From Octopus vulgaris (lineage: Eukaryota): a DNA stretch of 64,000 nucleotides. The stretch's first letter is position 1. Every line of letters begins with the position of its first letter. This document shows positions 57,489 to 64,000 of this stretch, one piece after another. The position numbers were made by a program, and so were the translations under genes. Under the pieces are notes generated by a model, which was not told where the DNA came from, did not search any database, and saw only the letters and a program-made list of their open reading frames with translations. The DNA is taken from contig OX597816.1 in assembly GCA_951406725.2 (NCBI GenBank), positions 172,794,001-172,858,000 of the forward strand, in the 5' to 3' direction.

Positions 57489-57867
57489 CGCAGGAGTGGC
57501 TGTGTGGTAAGTAGCTTGCTAACCAACCACATGGTTCCGGGTTCAGTCCCACTGCGTGGCATCTTGGGCAAGTGTCTTCTGCTATAGCCCCGGGCCGAGT
57601 GGATTTGGTAAACGGAAACTGAAAGAAGCCTGTCGTATATATATATATGTGTGTATGTATGTGTTTGTGTGTCTGTGTTTGTCCCCCTAGCATTGCTTGA
57701 CAACCGATGCTGGTGTGTTTACGTCCCTGTCACTTAGCGGTTCGGCAAAAGAGACCGATAGAATAAGTACTGGGCTTACAAACAATAAGTCCCGGGGTCG
57801 ATTCACTCGACTAAAGGCGGTGCTCCAGCATGGCCTCAGTCAAATGACTGAAACAAGTAAAAGAGTA
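57488..57867 (+). mobile_element. SINE family A with a 14-nt internal deletion
   Basis: ccccgggccga|gtggatttgg lacks the ccaaagccttgtga found in other copies. A 3'-half copy lies upstream at ~57180-57390. Confidence 0.88.
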
Positions 57868-59102
57868 TATAAATATATATATATATATGCACGCGCGCGC
57901 ACACACAACTTATGGTCGCAAGAAATTTTCTTTAATACTCTATGACCTGTAACAATATGGCGGGAGGAAATTGTCGATTCCCCCTTTTTTTTGCCGCTAT
58001 ACAATTTCCGCAAGTGTCAATTATCGATCGATTCTTAATGCAGCTGAACGTGTGTGTGTGTGTGTGTGTGTGAGTGAGTGTGTGTGTGTGTGTGTGAGTG
58101 TGTGTGTGTGTGTGCGTATTTCCAGCGCCGACGTCGTTTTGACGAGAGTTTTCATGTCTGTTGCCGTCCATTTCTTTAAACGTCTGTCCATCTTTCCGCC
58201 TTGGTTCACTTTAAATATATAAAAATAAATGTGTGTATATACATACTAATACACACATATGTATTTATTTGTATGCATCAATACATATGTATGCAAGTAT
58301 GCATGTATGTATGTATGTATGTATGTATGTATGTATGTATGTATGTATGTATGTATGTATGAATGTATGTATGTGTGATGTGACGTTGTTTTGTATCCTA
58401 GTTGACGCGAGTTCATTTCATTTGCTTTGTCAGTACTGTGGATTCTCTCGAGAAATCCGTAGCCAACAATATTTCCATTCTGTAATGTGTACAGTTGATG
58501 AGTTGAAGAGAAGTGCAACCCGGTTTCAATTCCTTCTTGGGATCGATTTCTGTATTTGCCTCACTAAATCGTTCGCACTTTCAGTGCCAACAAAACGAAT
58601 ATTCGTTGAATATTTTGGACAGTTTAATCGATTATGTACATGTACCTTAGTCCATAAAAATTATGGTCTTGTTCATCTGTTCGAAATCGTTAAATCAACA
58701 CTGGATTCGTCCGCAAATTTTGAAGAATTTATGAATAAGCAGACGACCGAAAATGCTGTGATCCTTGCAACAAAGAAACTAACTTTCCGACTTCCGAGTT
58801 CGCCATCGCTGATTGAAGCGAGCTCACCTCTTCCTTGCAACGCTACTAAGGCTCGCTTGAGAATTATGTGAACGCCACATCTATGGACCCAACAATAAAA
58901 ACCTATTTCGCAAAATGTCTACCTGGAAAGGGCAAACGGGTACCTATCTGAAGGTACCCTAACATTATTTTAAAAAATGTATGGATTTTTTGACACTCAC
59001 TCACATACACACATACACGCGCTCATACACACTGATACGTACGCACATGTACAGACACACATATTTCCATGTGTTTACCTCTATAACTACACACGCACAC
59101 AC

Positions 59103-59285
<183 letters not shown>

Positions 59286-59341
59286 CATATATATATATAT
59301 AAAATATTAGAAAGTTTGGATTTTATTCCCTCAAATAATAA

Positions 59342-59390
<49 letters not shown>

Positions 59391-59430
59391 ATGTGCTGGT
59401 GTAACTCAGGCAACATGTTGTCCTTCTATA

Positions 59431-59479
<49 letters not shown>

Positions 59480-60117
59480 TAATACAATCATATACACAAA
59501 TACACACACACTCACGCATCAATATAAATTTCAATATTTAAACATTCAAAAATATTCACCATTATATTGTATATTCATAAGGTGAAGTTGAGTATAAAAT
59601 ATACATACATATATACGTAAAACACGTATGTTTATCTTTATGTATACAATAGGCTTTATGTAAATAACAACTACCAAACACTGTATATGAATACATATGC
59701 GTACGATTACACAACACATAGACATACATACATACACGTATACATGCTTACATTTATATATATACACACATGTATATATATACATATATAATATATATAT
59801 TACACACACATATAAATATATATATACATATATATTTATACATGTATGCATGTATGTATATTTGTTTGTACATTTACATGTATATATATATATATGCATG
59901 TATATTTGTTTTTGTATTTATGAACGTGTGTGTACGTAAATTTGTATGTATATACGCAGATGATTACTTTTTGGTTTATCTATTTGGCACTATTAATACA
60001 AATATTGCTATATTTCTTATTTATTGAAGGTTATTTAAAATGTGTGTGTGCATGTGTGTGTGTATGCGCCTGTGTGTTTGTGTATACATTTATAAATATA
60101 AATTCTACGGTATGAAA

Positions 60118-60200
60118 AATAAACTTAACTCCATATAATAAAAACTGAAAAAAGAAAACGAATAAAATTTGTCCCAATACCATTTCATTCGTAGTTGTTA
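60118..60200 (+). terminator. Candidate polyadenylation region
   Basis: Three AATAAA (60118, 60137, 60161) followed by GT/T-rich ttcgtagttgttatt. The AT-rich background weakens the signal. Confidence 0.25.
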
Positions 60201-60288
60201 TTCAATATTTAGCAAAGTATTCACTTAGATATATGTTGAATGGACAGCGAGTTGTTTACTCTGTGGGACTGAGTATATATATATATAT

Positions 60289-60670
60289 GTGGAGGCGCAA
60301 TGGCCCAGTAGTTAGGGCAGCGGACTCGCGGTCGTAGGATCGCGGTTTCGATTCTCAGACCGGGCGTTGTGAGTGTTTATTGAGCGAAAACATCTAAAGC
60401 TCCACGAGGCTCCGGCAGGGGATGGTGGTGATCCCTGCTGTACTCTTTCAGCACAACTTTCTCTCACTCTTACTTCCTGTTGTTGTACCTGTATTTCAAA
60501 GGGCCGGCCTTGTCACTCTCTGTGTCACGCTGAATATCCCCGAGAACTACGTTAAGGGTGCACGTGTCTGTGGAGTGCTCAGCCACTTACACGTTAATTT
60601 CACGAGCAGGCTGTTCCGTTGATTCGGATCAACCGGAACCCTCATCGTCGTAACCGACGGAGTGCTTCTA
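60289..60670 (+). mobile_element. SINE family C, full length
   Basis: Near-identical to 28888-29270. Confidence 0.9.
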
Positions 60671-61399
60671 CCTCCACAGTATAACCAACCGTCACTCACG
60701 TGTGAATATGGATTGGTAGTATGTACTGTGCTGCTTGGTTTAGATATATTTTTATAGCGAGTAGACTGATCAGTCTATCCTTGATTTAGCGGAACGTCAA
60801 AAATGTCACAGCTGGAGCAGGGGACGGTTGCAGCAGCCCCCGGATTGGATCGGAGAAAGTAAGATTAACTGTTTTGCTGAAAGACACAACACGCTACGTG
60901 GCCCAGGAATCGAACCTATGATATAATGATCATGAGTCTAGATACACTATACCTGAATACGAACAACTAGAAGCCACTCTCCTTTACTATGTATCGAAAA
61001 TGATATCAGTTACTCGAAAATCCAAGTGCAACAGAAATATCTTCACACACATTGTTAAATTACTCCACACAATTATTTTTTGAGGGTAAATTACTCAAAC
61101 ACTGACCTCAAATATGTAAAAGAAATATCCTTTGATTTTCATCCTAAATTTTGGTTACAATATTGACTTAAAAATTCGATCAGATTACGTAATGTAACGA
61201 GTTTCCTTCGTTAGATCGCCAGGTAGTTTCATAGCATAGCTAGGGGCGCAATGCACAGACCCTGATAATAAGGTAAAAACCATTTTTCTTCCCTGTTTTC
61301 TTTCTTCTCAAGATGGCCTCGATTACTAATCTTCTAGGTTACCAAGTTTCCGTGAAAATTGAAGCAATTTCATATTTCGGACAAAATCCTTCAACAATG

Positions 61400-63200
61400 C
61401 GGTCAAGTACTGTCCGTCGGAAGTCAAACGGCAGTGAATAGGTTAAAAGGTTGGAACTAGAAGTGTAGGATCGGGGTAATCGCAGTAAATGAGTGCAACA
61501 TGTAGTGTATGAGGGAAGATGGCCGCAGAGAGGGAAGTAATTGTGAGAAGCTGATAAGGATGAGTGAGAGAAATGAAAGGTGTGGCTGGTGTGAGAGTTA
61601 GTTGGAGAAAATCCAAGCGGCTAGGTATAGAATGATATAATAAATTACAAACAAATATATCATGCATACTCATGACGCAAAGAAAGATATGGATGGTCAG
61701 GATGGGATAGGCTGCGTGGTAAATTTAATGAAGTTGGGAACGAGTGTTCCTACTTCCAGGAGTCGAAGTTCCCAGATAAAAAAAAAAGTGATCTTGTTTA
61801 CTAAGTTGGTAAGTCATGTATAGGACGATGGTGTTGGTGAAATCTAAATGCGGAGAATTGGTGGGAAGATGGCTAAGAAGAAATGAAGCAGTGAGCCACA
61901 GGGTTTAGAATACCATGTCATTTCCGAAAGAGATCAGCCACACAATGAGTAGTCTCACCACAAAATATTACAGCAATGTTTATATAACAGTTAATCAAAT
62001 TAGCTCAAGTGTAATCAAAGTGGTTGGAAATCTGGACTTGAAATTACTTCGAATTATGCTGGAGTGGAATGGAAATTTGTTGCATTGGGTAAAGGATCAG
62101 GCGGAGGAACCAGGATTGAGTGTGGTTGGTGATAAAGAAACACTTGACCAAAAGATCACGTAAATTTTAATCACGTTTGAAAGACAGGAACTGAGATGCA
62201 AATTAGGTATCAGGTTGTAGAAGATGAAAACTGTAGAGGATGGTTTTCTGGAGTAGACTGGAGCAGGTAGCGGGGGGAAGGAGAATAAACTGGTGAGCAA
62301 TTGTAAGAAAAAAGGATGGTGGAGCAACTGATACCATACAGTCGGTTGAAGGCCGTGCCTTCCGCAGATTGGGGGACATATTTGAGTGAGAAATAAGTGG
62401 CGCATTTGATAAAAGTTATTTTCGAAATCAGTGTCTTTGAAAGTGAGGTGATAGAGATGGAGAAATTGAGGAAAAGATAAATCCAGTTTGATATCGGAGG
62501 GAAGCACTCCGTCGGTTACGACGACGAGGGTTCCGGTTGATCCGAATCAACGGAACAGCCTGCTCGTGAAATTAACGTGTAAGTGGCTGAGCACTCCACA
62601 GACACGTGCACCCTTAACGTAGTTCTCGGGGATATTCAGCGTGACACAGAGAGTGACAAGGTCGGCCCCTTGAAATACAGGTACAACAGAAACAGGAAGT
62701 AAGAGTGAGAGAAAGTTGTGGTGAAAGAGTACAGCAGGGATCACCACCATCCCCTGCTGGAGCCTCGTGGAGAGTTTGATATCAGTAGAATGATGAGAGA
62801 AGAAAATTTAAAGAAGTTATCGGAGTTACTTGATTTATAAAACATGGATATCTAAGAAATTGATATAAACAGTTTAAAGTGAGAACGAATTCAATGAGTA
62901 AACAGAGCTAGGTTGAAGTGCGGTACAATGCTCGAAAAGATAATTAAGGGCCAAACTTTCGTGATTATGGGAGATTACAGTGTATAGGGATTTTGTATAA
63001 ATTGTGTAAAGAGTTTAGAAAGGTGAAAGGCGTCGTTGGTGTTCGTGCACTTGGCATGGAAGTGACCTAAGTGAATGTAGCTAGTCAAGGTATCTGGAGG
63101 ATACGCAAGAGATTCAGTTGCATACGGAAACAATGGAGAAGTCAGGGTTTGGCTTATGAAGTTTTGGTAATAGTTTGATGCAGGAGAAAGAACTCAATCA
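61400..63200 (-). mobile_element. Decayed Penelope-like RT/GIY-YIG element
   Basis: Minus-strand LPKLHKPNP..IVS (PLE RT N-terminal motif) near 63140-63175 and LSFLN.SI.I near 62450-62480, with many stops. Confidence 0.5.
62496..62772 (-). mobile_element. 5'-truncated family-C SINE with 11-bp TSD
   Basis: TSD agtttgatatc at 62485-62495 and 62773-62783. The tRNA head is missing. Confidence 0.9.
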
Positions 63201-63203
63201 ATA

Positions 63204-63999
63204 TCTATAACGCTGAAATGTGAAAAATTTGTTTGTCTCATTTTGGAATGGGAACGGTTTAAGGGCCGGTAGATGGGGTCGGATTGGCTCCAAAATTTAC
63301 AGAGACATGTAAAAATAGGCGTGGAAGCGACTGGACTAGGTTAGAAACACCTATCTCAAAAGCTGGGGTTACTAGGGCAACAAAACCCAAACTTTGACAA
63401 GTGTTTCTCGTTTCTCTCTTTCGGATATCACCCTGTCTTCCTCGATCTCTCTATTTCCTTCCTTCCCTCCACTTTCTCTCTATAACGACGTTTGACACCT
63501 TCCACTCTCATTCCCTCTCCGCCTTCGCAGGATAGACAGGTTGCGCTGTTTGAATAACGGTGGCTTTTCGTGTTGCTTTAGGGTTTAGAGGCGGTTATCT
63601 TTAATCTAATCTATAAAATGAAGGCGAACGTTGATACAAATTGGATTTTTATGTAAAAAGCGGTTTAAATGGGGCTGGAAGAGGATTAAAATTTACAGGA
63701 GGGGTAACTTGAGGTGAGAAATTGATTGGGGGACGTTTTGGGGCGCTACAGTGGTTGCTTTGTTGTGAAAACGGGGATGTTATTGATTTTGGGGGACACT
63801 TGGGGTCTAGACTGGACACCTTTTGCCCGATTTCAATCAAATTTTCAACATGGTAAAGTGGAAGCAGATTTGTAATTTAAGCGCGGAAAATGGGTTCGAA
63901 ATTTTGAAAATTAAGGCAAGATTTAAGAAACAGAAAAGAACCAACTGAGAGTAACAACCACACCCTCACCCGCACGTAGAGAGGGTCACCTTGAGCTAG
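63204..63999 (+). mobile_element. Non-autonomous Helitron
   Basis: A|TCtataacgctg...tttgtttgtc start and accctc...gagggt hairpin followed by CTAG|T at the window end. The 5' boundary is less certain (alternative TC start near 63610). Confidence 0.6.
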
Positions 64000-64000
64000 T

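Noticed and set aside
58233-58871. 212-aa + strand ORF
   Set aside because: Starts in a microsatellite and has no recognisable domain or splice context; it may be the antisense of a decayed transposon.

Overview
Eukaryotic, AT-rich, microsatellite-saturated animal DNA. The repeat content and low-complexity style suggest a coleoid cephalopod such as Octopus (inference). One host gene is recognisable: a + strand senseless/Gfi1-family C2H2 zinc-finger transcription factor. It has a ~2.3-kb low-complexity exon (19468-21807) and a terminal coding exon (53535-53713, absent from the ORF track), separated by a 31.7-kb phase-1 intron; its 5' exon(s) were not identified. The rest is mostly mobile-element debris: several modular tRNA-derived SINE families (some with exact TSDs), autonomous-derived and non-autonomous Helitrons, three Tc1/mariner elements, a Merlin-like MITE, CR1/RTE/R4-Dong LINE fragments and several Penelope-like elements (PLEs). 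One minimal hammerhead-ribozyme-like motif and a recurring class of fold-back elements within (TA)n tracts are also present. Nearly all other ORF-track entries are microsatellite translation artefacts. All family names come from motif recognition by eye, not database searches.
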